Positions 35,501-50,500 of a stretch of 64,000 nt of DNA are shown one piece after another. The stretch lies in NCBI RefSeq assembly GCF_021869535.1, contig NW_026262734.1, positions 47,554,001 through 47,618,000 on the forward strand. The letters run 5' to 3'. Both the position numbers and the translations under genes were made by a program. Below the pieces are notes generated by a model. That model saw only the letters and a list, made by a program, of their open reading frames with translations. It made no database searches and had not been told where the DNA came from. The number at the start of each line of letters is the position of its first letter. Position 1 is the first letter of the stretch. This DNA is from Mytilus californianus (lineage: Eukaryota).

Positions 35501-38500
35501 CTTTATTTAGTATATCATACGAGCATTGCCTGCAAATATTCCAGCACAGTATGTAATGTTTTCACTTTCTTAGAGACATTTTCTTGCACATTATACACTT
35601 AAATATTTTGATTGGCCGAGTCAACATTATTTTCAACCAACAAAGAATTGGAAAAACTTGCTTCATATCTGGTGCTTACTTCTCTGCCCTGCTACTGATT
35701 TAACATTCTGTTACAAATGTAACTTGTGTAGCTTTAAAAACAAGACCTGTGAAACCTAAATTTGGTTGAATTATTTTACGTATCGTTACATAGTTCATTA
35801 AAATAAATACGTAAATCATCAGGTCTCACTGTTGCAATATTCACCAGACATCTAGATTCTGCTACTATTCTTAAAACTTGAGCAAATACAAATTGTAGGT
35901 AATGTATTTCCTAACTTAAACATAAGAACACCTTTTCTAGGCACCAGACAGAGCCAGTTTCAACGCACTAGTGTAATTTTCTTTTTACTTGAATATCCAA
36001 CAGAGCGAACACACTTTGGGCATATAACTAGAAACCAAAGAGTGTCGGTTCATGTGTGACAACTATCCGAAATTGAAGTTTTGATAAAATGCAGATGTTT
36101 TACCTATTATATTGCTTATTAATAATATTCTTCAAAAAGTAAATCGGGTCGATTGAAGTATTATACGACGGCTTTTTGGTTGCACCTTACCATACACATT
36201 AATTGCACGAGTTATACGTAATAATGCTAGGTAAAAATAAAATTGGTGTTTTTTCCTCTATTTTCAAATAATTTGTGCTTTACATATAACACTTAATATA
36301 GATGCCCTTATAATGTATGACGTTAAAGAGTTACCACATTAACCAATTTAGTTCTCAAATCTTGTTTAAAAAAGGGTTAATAACGAGATAAGTCTATCGA
36401 AAGAGCAGTTCGGTTTTCCTAGACAGTTGGGTAACGTCAGTTAAGGTAATTTTTAATGTCACTTGCACAAACATTTGATATTAACGACAAATATTTATTG
36501 GAAGTTGAATAATCGATAGACATTTATATTCCATGAGGTATTTAAGCGTCTTTTTCAACATTCGCCACTCCGCTATAGTACATTTTTCCTGCTTTACATT
36601 GCACATTTAAATTATTCTAAAACTGAAAAGTATACGTAACAAAGGATTTGACCTTTTTAAATCTTTTTAATTGAATTTCGTTCAATGCGGTATTGAAATC
36701 TACTTATAAGTAAAAACTAATAATCACAAACAAATTTTACAGTCGGGAAAATTATAAATCGTTATATATACTAACATTTTTAACCCCGTCACATTCTGTA
36801 TGTGCCTGTCCCAAGTCAGGAGCCTGTAATTCAGTGGTTGTCTCTTGTTGTTATGATACATATTTGTTTTTGGTTCATTATTTTGTACATAAATAAGGCC
36901 GCTAGTTTTCTCGTTTGAATTGTTTTACATTTATCATTTCATGACCTTTTATAGCTGACTATACTCATTGTTTAAGGCCGTACGGTGACCTATAGTTGTT
37001 AATTTCTGTGTCATTTGGTTTTTTGTTGAGATTTGTCTCATTGGCAATCCCGCCACCTCTTTTGTTTTATAAACTCCTTTCTCTAATTCCTAGACGATTC
37101 ATACTTTTCCCGACCGGAAAATTCGTTTGTGAAAATCAGTTTTACTTAGTTAGTACCTTAAAATATCTGATCTTGTACCATATTTCGGTTGAAAGAAAAT
37201 CCCCATAGATGTTAGTCTTCTTGCATGCACGAGTTGATGTGGTACATAAACCATCAGATGGCAGACTTATGTTAACAGGTGGTTGTGAAACATCTTTAGA
37301 ACAGTCATCTCCAATATATCCATTTGAACATTCGCAACCCCCTACAGTTAATACAAGATGAAGCGATTCAACAACAGAATATACAAGGTTGGATGATATT
37401 ATCATTTTTAGATTATGATTTTAAAAATCACAAAGAAAAATAACATATTTTGAAAACATCATTCAGATGTCCATGATACATATTTCATACCGTTTTTGAA
37501 ATTGTGCCTCATACTTCTTGAAATAAAGACACAAAATGGATGATATGATGACAAAACTTTTGAATTGTGATTTGCAAAATTAAAGTGATTTTAAAAATTA
37601 AAAAGATATTGTAACTTGTTAAACACATTCTGAAAACATCCTTCAGCTATTTATGATACATTTTTACTAGTAATACTGTATTTGAAATTGTGCCTTACAC
37701 TACTTGAATGTAAGACAACTGCAAGAACCACCAAAACTGTTTACTTTGTCTGATTTTAGGATCATCCCATAAGTAAATCAGCAATACTAATACAATATGA
37801 TTTTTTTTCGTACGTTTGCTGATCATATTGAATAGAAAAAACATATTTTCAACCATTTCATGCTATCACAATGATATTTAAAGAATACATCTGAAAAGGG
37901 ACCAGTCTATACCATCCTTTTTATTCAGAAAAATATATTATACTACAAAGTTTAGACTCCGTTAAACAACAAATTGTTTTTTCTAATGTACCTGAAATAC
38001 AGATGCCGTTATGACTACAGTTGTTTATACACAATTTGCTTGTAATTTGCCTAAGTAATGTCTGTGAACCATCAGTTGTGTTCATAATAAAAAGTGATTC
38101 ATTTCTTGAAACTTCCATCAAGATAGTTGTTGCCATGGCACTGATAGTATCCGTTAAAAATGACGTATCCCCAGTTATCTAGAAAATGATTTGAAAAAAG
38201 TGTTTTAGTCGCAAATTAATGAGTTAAATATAACCTCACGTTTGCCAAAAAAAACAAAACAAAAACAAACAAACAAAAACAAAGACAAAAAATAAAACTC
38301 CGAGATCATGATAGTTTATTTACATACACGTCCTGTTTAGATATAAAGCATGTGTTGGATATGAGAATACACCAAACGGTTTACAAAATGTGAAATATAT
38401 AGAGCCTGTTAAGGTAAAATATAAATGCCCCCACCAATAAACATGATAAACGAAGATAACTAAAAAGGTAATAGATAATGTAGTAATAATAAACATGCTT

Positions 38501-41500
38501 AAAGTAATATTAATGATAATGAAAATAGAAATAATAACAGATATAGTAAAGTTAATTTCTTAAGGAGAATGTACTTAGCAAATCATATAACAGGACATAA
38601 TGTAAGGCATTCGTCTAAGTTTAGATCCTCATTAGAAAATATTGGCAAGTTCTGGCGTATTAAGAAATTAATTTGGAACCAATTTTCAATGTGAGTATAA
38701 GGTTTCTTTAAATACTAAAATATTGGGTTTTTTTTACAGTTAACTGCCTAAGAATAGATATATGGTTTTGAACAATCATTGCTGTTGTCTATAATTGGAT
38801 ATATCTGTGTCCGGTTTATTCCTGCTATTCCTACATTTGATAATCCGGTTTGTAAAATGTAAGAAATCCAGGTAGGAATAGGAGGAATGCTTGTACAAAC
38901 ATGGGATTAAGGCAGATTAGATTGTAAAAACATGAAGCTAATTAACTTCAGGTAAATATAAATGAAATATCTTTTAATTTTAATGTACTAACAGTACAAA
39001 ATGTTGCAAATTATCAAAAGAAATATATATTCTTGTCTTTTTTTTGTACTGTTAAGTTATGTTTGTTTCCTCTTATATCACTGAGAAACAATACATTTTA
39101 AAAATCGGCATAGTTGTATTTATTTATTTTATCATATTCATGAAAAATAGTAAATAACACAATAATGTAGACACTATTTATGGTCCTTAAAACCTTTAAG
39201 CATTGTAATAGGAATTGTTACAAACACATGAGCAAAACGAAATAAAAATGATATGATATTAGTCAACATATTGTGCGGTGACAGAGGTGTAAAACGTCGT
39301 TTAAATTTAATCCCCCAAAATAACACACGGCTAAAAAGGTCTTAATATCAAGACAAATATGTCTACCATATTTACTGTCGTAAGAATTGCGTATGTTTAT
39401 ATTTTTCGAAAAAGTCGTTTTAATGACTAGAGTTCATATGTCTGTAAACGCTCCACAATCCCATTTGCTAGGACAGTGGTGAAACAGGAAAACATAAAAC
39501 AAGCTATAAAATGTAGAACGAAGCACAACAAAACTAGTAACAACAACAAAATAAAAAAAAATTGCCGATCTGAGAGAAATAGGAATTTCAGAAAGCTAGT
39601 TGAAATGCAAATAACACTAACTAATAAACTGTATTTAACAGACTGGAATATAAATTAGTAATCATCCAGCAAAATTCAGACGAAAGAGTATCGTATGAGT
39701 AACAAATGATTGCCCGTGGGACACAGGGTGTCTTCCTGCTATTCATACATTTTATAAATGCATATTCCTTCTATTTCTACAAATAAAGAACAATAGACGT
39801 TGGTTTAAGGTGTTTTGTCAATTTAAATTTGATTGAAATACAGATAGGTACATGTAATATGGAAAGGATTATTACAATTATAAAAATAAAATAAAAAACG
39901 AAGATGCATTGTAGAGGATATAGAATAGAACATTTCTCCAAAAAAATGAATTTCTGTTAAAAAGTTTTAAAAAAATGTTTTAAAAAAAATAAACTGTAAA
40001 TACGACTTTTATTTTAAAGTTTAATAGACATCTTTATGGGAAAATTATATCGCAGGGTGATCTTTATTTATTTTGACTATGTTCTTATTAAATGATACAA
40101 AAGTATAAAGTTGATCAAAATGAAAAAGACCAAGCCTAGTTGTTAATTTGGAGTTCTTTTTTAAACCAATCTATTCAACCCCAAGAAGGCATGCCATCGC
40201 TGACACTTCTGTTCTTCATTCAAACCTAGAAGTAAGACTTATAGAATAGATTTTACAAAGGGGTTTGACATCAATGGCCCCGACCTACTTCGTACACCAT
40301 CACATATATCTCCGCTAACATTGCCAAATTCAGAGGCCATTCAAACTGCCTTTGCTTTGCAAGAAGGGCCAAACACTGTAACAAACAGTAACAAGTTTAA
40401 TGAAGTATTTTATGCTTAAAACAATATTAGGTAGATAATATGATGATAAAATACAGAACATATGACAATAGCTAGACAAAACATATATTCATTAAATGTA
40501 AGCAAATATCATGTGATTTCAAGTATTCATTTTTACATTTGTAAAAAGAGGGTTGCAAACTTTTTAATATACTCGAGCTTATACTTTGCTAGTTTTGCTC
40601 ACTGTTGAAGGTCCTTTTGGATCATGTGTATAGTTGTCTCATTTGTGATCATACCGCATTTCCTTATTTTTCAAACAATGATAAGACTCACGAGATCCGA
40701 CATTATATTCCAAAAGATATTCTATCGCTGATATAAAACATTTGAAAAACTTCAAACATTAATTGGTTGCAAATAGTATAATATAAAAATTAGCAGGTGT
40801 TGTATGAGTGCAAACGAGAAAAAAACCCATACCATGTAGTCGGCTAAAAATGGCCCTGACATGAAAAATATAAAAACATTTCAATTGAGAAAACTAACGG
40901 CCTAATTCATAACAAAAGTATTTACGAAAAACAAATATGACAGACGTGAACCAACGACAACTACTGAACAACAGGCTCTTGATTAATGACAGACACATGC
41001 AGAATGTTGCGAGGTTAAAAAGGTTTGTGAGCGCTCAACTCCTCTAAACCTGGAACAGTGTTATAGCAGCACAAAATAAGAAAAACACTTAAAAAACAGT
41101 TGAAAAAGACTGAACTCATCAGATCGATACAAAGAAAAACATCATGCAAAAACACAGACAGGACGTGGCAGGGTATATATCCATCCTTCATCTATAACAA
41201 CAACAAGACATTAAGTACAGATCTTTGAGTACTAGAAATGACAATTTTCCACATTAACACTTCTTTCAGTCAATTTAAAAAAAAAAAAAAAACAAATTAT
41301 CGTGCAAATTTGTCGTGTATGATTGATGATAGTGTTTGTCTGGTGTCCTGTTGATTGCTTATTGGATAACATATAATCGTTCATTTTGTTTATGTGAGAT
41401 TAAAAGACGTGTAAACGTCTTTTCGATTTATTTGATTTCAGTAAATATGTCACCTATCCTACCTCAATATCCGATACGCAAGACTGTATAAAATTCTCCA

Positions 41501-44500
41501 CATCCACCTCAACAAAATTGCTGTAAACCTCAGATGGAATTGCCGTCGTTAATGCTTCTTGACATGTTTGGTAAGCTATATCTGCAGTCCAGCCGTTTCG
41601 AAAGGTCTTTGAAATCTACAGAATTGACAATTATAGTCATATTATTCATTTAATTGCTACATGTACTTAAAAAAATTTTCTTACCAAAAATATGTATCTA
41701 TCCCTCTTATACCACTTCTTTGACACCATATCCCATTCTGCATTACACCATACGTTTTTTCCCACCTTTGCACCATCCCCTTTCCTCTGTGAAACATTTT
41801 ACAGAACGAAAAAAATAAAAAAGAAAAAAAGAACCTTTTCCCCATTTCTCATAATACACACAAAGATCCAAGTTGCGACATACACAATCACTCGTAGCAT
41901 GATACACTTCTCCCTATGTCACCATGCATGCATCCAATTATACAATACACGTTAGATTTAAAAGTATAAACTATTCAAAGTCTAAATTGACTGAAAAATA
42001 AAAAAAAAGTATATTAAGATAGAATTGAAATCCTTATATAATACGGATGATACTTAGTCCGATGTTGATTCTTTAAAACGGTATAAACATGCGAAAAGCT
42101 GTTTGAATTATAGCAACTGTTGTGTTATTTGCCAACAATTATAAAACAATGTTATTTTAATGTGCACTATTTAAATTACTTTTCGATGTATATTTGACTA
42201 ATGGATCTCTTCAAATTAACTATGTTACATATTTGTTTTTCGTTCATTTTTTTGTAAACAAATTCTGCTTTTATTTTTCTCGTTTGAATTGTTTTACATT
42301 TGTCATTTGGGAGCCTTTTATAGCTGACAATGCGGTATGGGCTTTGCTCATTCTTTAAGGCCTTACGGTGATCTATAGTTGTTAATTTCTGTGTCATTTG
42401 GTCTCTTGTGAAGAGATGTCTCAATGGCCATTATACCACATCTTCTTTTTTTATAATAAGTGCGACAAATTTATACACCATATCAATTTTTTCCCCTTTA
42501 CGTATGAATTATACCAAGTTAAGCCAGCGAGTGTAAGTTTCCTGTCTCTTCAACAGAAAATCGGTTTGAAAATATTTTTGTAACAGAAATAGATTACTGT
42601 TGATTCATTAATATTCGTTGGATACCAATTTTCGTGGATTTCGTGGGAACAGGGGAACCACGAATTTAAATGCTCAACGAATTACAAATTTTCTAAAGGA
42701 ATGTATGCAGACTTTGCCAAAAGCCACGAAATTTAATATCCACGAAAAAGCAAGTTTTCCTCAATCCACGAAAATTGGTACCCACGAAAATAAATGAATC
42801 CACAGTATATTAACAACATGCATTATTACCATATACCCAAAAGTTGGACCTACACAATAGACAACAGAAAATGTCCCACAATTGCGCCGGGATTTGATGA
42901 TATGTAAAATAATACTGTTATTTGTAATAACAATCACTACATGAACGAGATTAATAAGAACTATTACATGTACTTTATCTTACAGGGTTCTGGTCCATGT
43001 TTATTGTTAAAACATTTATAAGAGAAAAGGGAACAACTGTTTCAAATGGCGCGACTACAACGCTATTTTGTTTGTTTGTTTGTTTGTTTGTTTTTTTATT
43101 TTATTGACATCCTTGCTCCTACTCTAGTACTAGTATATACGTCATGAAACTCAATTACATTCTAAAGAATGGACGTGCTTAGTTTCATCGCTGTTTAATA
43201 TCTTATACAGGGACACTGCCATAACTGAGCACTAGTTTACTTTAATTTCATATTCATACAGTAAGCTGTATGTTTACATTTCGTTTTAAGACGCAGAAAA
43301 TATTGCAGAAAATGAACAATATAATTGAAAATAATGTATCAAAACACGGGATATCCTCTTAAATCAATTTGGTTACTCAAACTTGCTTAATTTAAACAAA
43401 AAATATTTCACTTCATGAGAAATGAAGTGATTCATTGTATGGTAACGATGCAATTTATGTCTAACCATTTCAATCTGCATTTTTAAATGTCAATACAAGT
43501 GACGAAAACAACAATTTAAGAATACAAATAAGTTGTAAAAGTGCAAAATTATTAAACTTTTGAAGCATTTATATTAGTATGCTATTTCAGATTTTTGCTT
43601 TAAGTAGATAGTAAGGAACAATACCACATCTGTACTGTTGAGGTCTTCATCATAAACAACAGGTTCAAAATCCGTCATATCATCACTGTCTTCAGTATCA
43701 GCTGTACTTCGTCGAGATAAACTACGGTGACTTCCTGAACGGCGTTTGCGTTTAGAGATTTTACAAGAAGTAGAATATGAATGTATCTTGTTTCCAGACT
43801 GTAATGAACTCGAGCAAAATTCCGTACTTTCAGTCAAATTACATTGTATGATGTTGAAATCGTTGAGTGATTCCGTGTTACTGGCCTGATCCTCACATGA
43901 GCAAAATGTCGTCGCAGTCGAGATGTTTGTGTTTGAGGGAATTTTCTCAAGGTCAACATTTAATTCATCATTGATAAAACCAGGTTCTTGTACAAACAAC
44001 TGTTCATTTTCCATTGCTGAAGTTATTCTGGAAAAATAATAGCATGTATGATTGGAATTGCACAATAAACAAAGTAAACAGCATTTCTCGGTTGATCCAA
44101 AAGGACAACATATGTTCTCATTATATGGGGATGAAGTCGGTAATAAAAGTAGAAAAATCAAACAAATCAATCAATCTTCTAATGAACTAAAATTTGATTA
44201 CTTTTTATATCTTCTAGCATTTGTGCAGAAATCTCCTTCTTTCTTCCGGTTTCGTTTGTATATATTTAGCAGTTAAGTAAAATATACGAAGACGCATAAT
44301 AACAATTTCATTTAAGGTAGTTCTGGGGTATACCGCCATCTTGAATTGTACAATCTCAGTAAACAATCGGTCTAGTTCTTTGTCCAAATCTGCAAATTTG
44401 GAGACAGATTTGCAATTAATAGGTTACACTGTTTATTTTAAAAATAAAGAAAACTTAGTTATTCATTGCATTATCGAAAATGTTTTAACAAATACCAAAT

Positions 44501-47500
44501 ATGTTTGCTTTTAGAATTAATTTTTCAAATAAGCCATTTAAGGGAAGATAACTCTTTAGTACAAAATTTATACTAGACATATAGGGAAATTTTCAATTAT
44601 TTACTTGTAGCAAGAAAACAAGTTCCGTGACACCATTTTTTATTTTAATTTTAATTTCAATTATTAATATAAATATATATTTTATATCATAAAAATTATC
44701 TTCTCATATTTTATTTCAAAATTCTGTCTTATAGATTTCTTTTTATGCACAAGCATGTGTTTTTTCGTGAAGAATCTTAGTAATTTTGGCAATTTTGAAC
44801 GACATGTGACCCATACTTCTTATCATTTTAAAAAAAAAACCATAGTAAAATCTTCATGTTGGCAAAGTATACGATAATTCTTTATCTACATTGGCTAGAG
44901 GTATAGGGGGAGTGTTGAGATCTCAAAAAACATGTTTAACCCCGCCGCACTTTTGCGCCTGTCCCAAGTCAGGAGCCTCTGGCTTTTGTTAGTTCTGTCT
45001 GTTTTTAAATTTTAGTTCATTTATATGTTTTAAAGTTAAGGGTGACGTCCATTTTCACCGAACTAGTACACAATTTCATTTAGGGGTCAGCTGAGGATAA
45101 CCTCCGGGTGCGGGATTTTCTCGCTGCGTTGAAGACCCATTGGTGGCCTTCGTCTGTTGTTGTCTCTTTGGCATATTCACAATTTCCATTCTCATTTTTT
45201 TTTGTTTTCTATACCCTGAACTACCTTAAATGATTCTTTGATATGAAAAACAAGAATGTGTCAATAGTACACTGATGCCCCACACGCACTATCACTTTCT
45301 ATGTTCAGCGGACCGTTAAATTTGGGTAAACACTCTAGTTTACCATTAAAAGTAGAATGAACATATCATAGGGAACTGTGTACTAAGTTTAAAGTTGATT
45401 GGACTTCAACTTCATCAAAAACTACCTTGACCAAAAACTTTAACCTGAAGCGGGACAGACGGACTGACGATCGAACGAACGGACGGAAGGACGAACATTG
45501 AAAATGACGTCATAACTAAAATTTTCAAAACAACATCGTAAACGTTACGGTATATCCGTTTCTTTCTTAACAGATTTTAAAATAAAAATATGTTTTAATT
45601 AAAACAATAATCTATACGGACTTCGTCCCCTTTCACAGGTAACGCCTACCTGATATTAATAATTTAAATTATAGAGTTATACCATGTATACGTTTGACTA
45701 AAAACTGCTTCAGAGGTTTGGCTAGCTTTAAAACCAGGTTTAATCCACCATTTTCTACATAAGCAAATGCCTGTATCAAGTCGGGGACTGGTTTTTTGAA
45801 GTATCTTATGACTTAAACATGTCTTACGATGGTCTTATGACATGCCGTAGTCGTAAGATATGTTTTCGAAAGTGTCCCAAGTTACGATATGTCATAACTG
45901 TTGTCGTACAGTTAAGACTCCTTGCGACATGACTTATGAAGGTCTTATGACTATCAACTTAATTCTTTTATTACTGTTTATCATGTATAATTTCATGTTT
46001 ATTACAATAAAGATAATAAATTTACTATATAGGTGTTACTCAGTCGGCAAAATAGTAAAGATTTATTCTTATCTACTTTGTCAAATTCTCCTACTGCGTA
46101 AAATTTGGAACCTTTTCTTACTCATGATTTTGTTTAATAAATATACACATTATTTCTGTCCTTATATAGTACCTTTTTTAATGTATTTGCATGTGCATTA
46201 TAGTAAGCGGGTACTCAATGTACTGCATCTTAAAAGTATTCAAAATCAAATAAAACTTCATGTATACATGATAATACATGAACGCAAAGTTCATGATATT
46301 TTATATATACACACTAAAGTTTAACAAATTATCAACTCAGATTTTAATTTCTTTTCATATATACATGTAATTTCATATTCATTATAATGAAAAAATAAAA
46401 AAAAATAAATGTTCGTAAATAATGAGAATGGTAATTATTATGTTTATACTTATTAATCTTATTTTTATTTTTTTATTTTTTAAAATTATTATTTAAAATA
46501 AAATAAAAAATGTTCACTTATGACAGTCGTATGAACATCATAGGTATGACTATATTAGGCCAGCTTTGATTTACATTATATCATATCATATGATAGTCAT
46601 AAGATGGTCCTAAAATTTGTCCTGAGATATATCTGATGACATATCTTAGGATACTTTCGAAAACCAGGCCTCATGAATAAGCCAGTTGTTTTCCATTCGT
46701 TTGATGTGTTTGAGCTTTTGATTTTGCCAATTGTTAAAGGACTCTCCGTTTTGAATTTTCCATGGAGTTTTGTATTTTTGTTGTTTTACTTTTTCAGAAA
46801 GGTTATAACGAAGGTAGATGAATATGTAACTACCTCGTCGCCGCAACTGCATCTTGGTTCATTCTGATTCTGGTCGTTGTCATTCACATATATACACAAT
46901 GACAAGCTACTGTATCTGACATGTGTACATTTATATGTTACAATCAAAATCAACGATTTAACTGCGCCTTAGTTTGCACAAAAAATACTTGATATCGTCT
47001 ATGCTGTGCCTTAAAATAACCATACCAATATTGAAAGAACAATTATATTGGTGTACAGTTTGATATATTTTTATTTTTTTTATAAGGTTGGCATACGTTC
47101 ATCTTCAGTTCTTATACCAAGTTGTAGATGGTTTCTGAACATTTGAAGAAATAACTCTGGTCCTCGAGGCAAGCAGATTCGAAAGTCTAAAACAAATATT
47201 GAAACATATCCGTCGTCATCTGCGAAACAGATATTCCAAAACGGTCAACTAGCTCTTGATGGCTTCGAATTTTAGAAGGGATGATTATAAGTTCACCACT
47301 TGGAATTTTAGGTTTGATAGCTTTCTTGCGAGCAGCAACCTTTTATCAAAGAAATCATGATAGGAAATACAAGCCCAGGAATATCGTAACAACTGGGCGA
47401 TATATACTCCATATGCGGGAATGTTGGTACATAAAAATAGAAAGTTCACAATTAGAAATCTGAAATATCTCTTTTGTTGTAAAATGTTGTTCTCAATCGA

Positions 47501-50500
47501 TCCTCATTGGCAACATCTAGATGCAAGTCAATATATGAGGCAGAATTAACTGTATCTGTTGTATCCTTTTTTAAAGTGCGATGGGATAGATGCGTCCAAC
47601 AAAGTCACCAAACTTTGTAGGAGAGCCGTGGTGTATTAGTTAGCGCATCTGACTACAAACACAAAGGTTCCTGGTTCGATCCCCTTTCTGGAGAGAAAAT
47701 TTCAGGGACTTAATTTTCGGCTCTACCTTAAACTTAAACTATGAATTTTTTAGTGAGAGGACATTATCTATATAGTTGAAAGTAAAGATAAAGGATATTA
47801 CTAGCTTCTTTTGGTTTTTCTATAGAAGCTGAATAAACTGCTTACCGAAAAAAATCAATGGTACAGATTTTAAACTATTCTATTGTTCTGTAGCTGTAAA
47901 AAAATAAGCTTAAAATCAAATTACCTCCAAGATTTTGCAAATTCTTGACTGCTGCTCACTGGTCTTTTTTTACGATCAGTATAATCATCAGATGGATCTT
48001 TTGTGATACTAGGAACACCACAAAGTCCTTTAGCCTCATTTATATCATAACTTGAAGGTTTTATTGACACTGACCGAATGAATCTCCAGGAAATATGAAC
48101 ATTGATTTCTGTTCCAGTAGGTAAGGTTATCTTAATGTAATAAATTTATTTATCAACACCCAGAAGCAAATAGCTTTGTTGTTATACGATGCACATGTGC
48201 TCATGATAAAAACTAATTACAATTTAACATGTTTGAAGTATACTTGTAAAACAAGAAATATAGTTAAGAGTTAAAATTTATTCTGTATGATAACACGGAC
48301 TGGTCATTCAAGTTAAAAGCGTACATTGATATTATATTTTTTTGATTTTGACCATTAAAAACTCAGTTCTGTTCTTGATTTAGTCAAACCTTTGGTTTTG
48401 TCATTTTTTATGGATTTCCTCTTCTTTAATTTATCTGCAAGATCGGTATGTTTGATAAAATACTGTTTAAAGCAGTAGAATTTCAATTGTGATTGTATTT
48501 ATTTTGATAATTGTAACGCATTACTTTTTTTCTGTAGTTCTAATATTTAACTAAATAATGCTTGTGAATCAACTTTTAGATGCAATCTATTAATTGATTT
48601 TTTAAAGTGACTTAAAGCTTTATGTTTGGTAATAATAACAATACAAATTAACACTGTATAAAATGCAGTTTGGGACACACATCATCTGATGATGAACGAA
48701 TTAATCGACCTTTTAACAATTCAGATCTGTAGGTACAATCAACAACTGAAGACTATTTTTTTAAATGATTATTTACCGTGTACTCGTTTCTTCGCTGGTT
48801 ATAGTTTATCAGTAAGTCGTTTTCATTACAACTTATCAATTTGGTAATTGGTGTCTTCAATAATTCTTGTTTCGTTCTTGACACAACTGCGCATGTCCTT
48901 ATAACAAATAAGGAGCTACGACTTCTTACTGCTATTCCACAATTACACGATGCACTAGTCCAACCACAGTTCGTAAACAATGCATGAACCTGTTTAAAAG
49001 GATACATTAAACCATGTTATTTTAGACTATGTTCTGGATTTATATTTTCTGCAGTTTACGTTTATTACATTGAATGTATTAACATGTTTTTTTCTTCAAA
49101 ACTACATTTGTTCATACTATGCACTGTTTACAAACTTGTGGTAAACTAAAACATAACAACCTTGCAATGTAAACTGAACCTATTAATTATATTTTTTTCA
49201 TGCTTCAAAATTATCGTGTCCGTGTAAATAAATTCTTTAAAATAAAAGTTGAGCCAAATATCAGCTAATGTTTCTATTTTTTTTCGGTCATCCGATATCA
49301 GTAAATATATAGTCAAGATATCCATTCTGGTATAGACAGGATTCAGATTGTTATAAAACTAACTATATGCTAATGTTCTAAATATCATTAATACAGTTTA
49401 CACTTCTCACCATGTCAATAATATGTGATAGAGGACATAGATGTAAGAAAGTCTCATGCGCAGAGGATAGGCTCATAATGTAATGTTGCATATTTCTGGT
49501 TAAAAACTTATCCTCTGGTAAATATGTTAACTGTGTTATATAATATATCTACAATCCTACCCAATAGGGTCCGTTGTCATTTCTATACAGAACAAATTCA
49601 CCAACTTCCATCATGTCGTAATGGATTCCATCGAAAGTTCTGATATGGGGATCATTATGAGATTGACAAAGCCTGTTTGCCAAAGTTATATCCTTATCGA
49701 TGACGGTTACCTGGTAAAAGTGAGAACATGCTTAATATTGGTCACATATCTGATCTTACTGTTAATAAGATTATGTTTCGATAGTCAATAAGTCCTTATT
49801 TTGTTTATTCCTGTTTCCGTCTTTCCTACAGTTTAAGTAATAGTCATACACTGATGGATATGTGAGTCTGGATAAGAAACCCTGACGGCCAAAGGCGGGA
49901 TGGGTTTCTTGTCTAGACAGCCATATCCCGAAGTGTAAAACTAACTTTCACCCGATGCTATAGCTAAACCCTATATTTTTTTACTTTGAATATCAAATAG
50001 CATTTTTATTGAAAATATCAACAATGATTATTCAGAATATTGTTTTATTAAACCCCACTAGTAACCTTACTTTGACGATCTTTATTCAAACTTTGAAAAG
50101 TGAGTAGATTCTACAAATTAATGTCAAAGTTGCTGTTTTGCATAATTCTGTTAAATCCATGTGCTATATGGATCAACAGGTAAATATGGCCGTATTGTGC
50201 ATTCTTATTACAAATATAAACATCAGGTTCCTTGCATGCAGTTGTCAATATAGACGGGTTTAAGACGGACGACATTTTGAGTCAGGCATGGATTTGGCAG
50301 AAGAGACTAAAGTTACACAATTTCTATAACTCAAAGTACTTACATGTATCAGTTTAATGAAGATTATCATAAATGTATTTTAAATGTTATAGTTTTATCA
50401 AAACAAGCCCCTTCCTTCCTCTCAACATTAAACACACACTATCTTCGAACATACTGAGGAATAGGTCTGTCTGGATTAGAAACTCGAAGACCGGACACGC

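Noticed and set aside
40180-40385. GC-richer intronic stretch as a possible additional exon
   Set aside because: No phase-compatible splice pair or domain-like translation was found, and exons 15 and 16 join in frame without it; probably an old repeat remnant
44028-44170. Signal-peptide-like start MICLIFLLLLPTSS of ORF 43574..44170
   Set aside because: It lies upstream of the ttccag acceptor at 44028, so it is intronic read-through; the true frame enters from exon 13 in phase 2
47623-47700. Functional tRNA gene
   Set aside because: A and B boxes are present but the acceptor stem does not close and the sequence continues into SINE-like body
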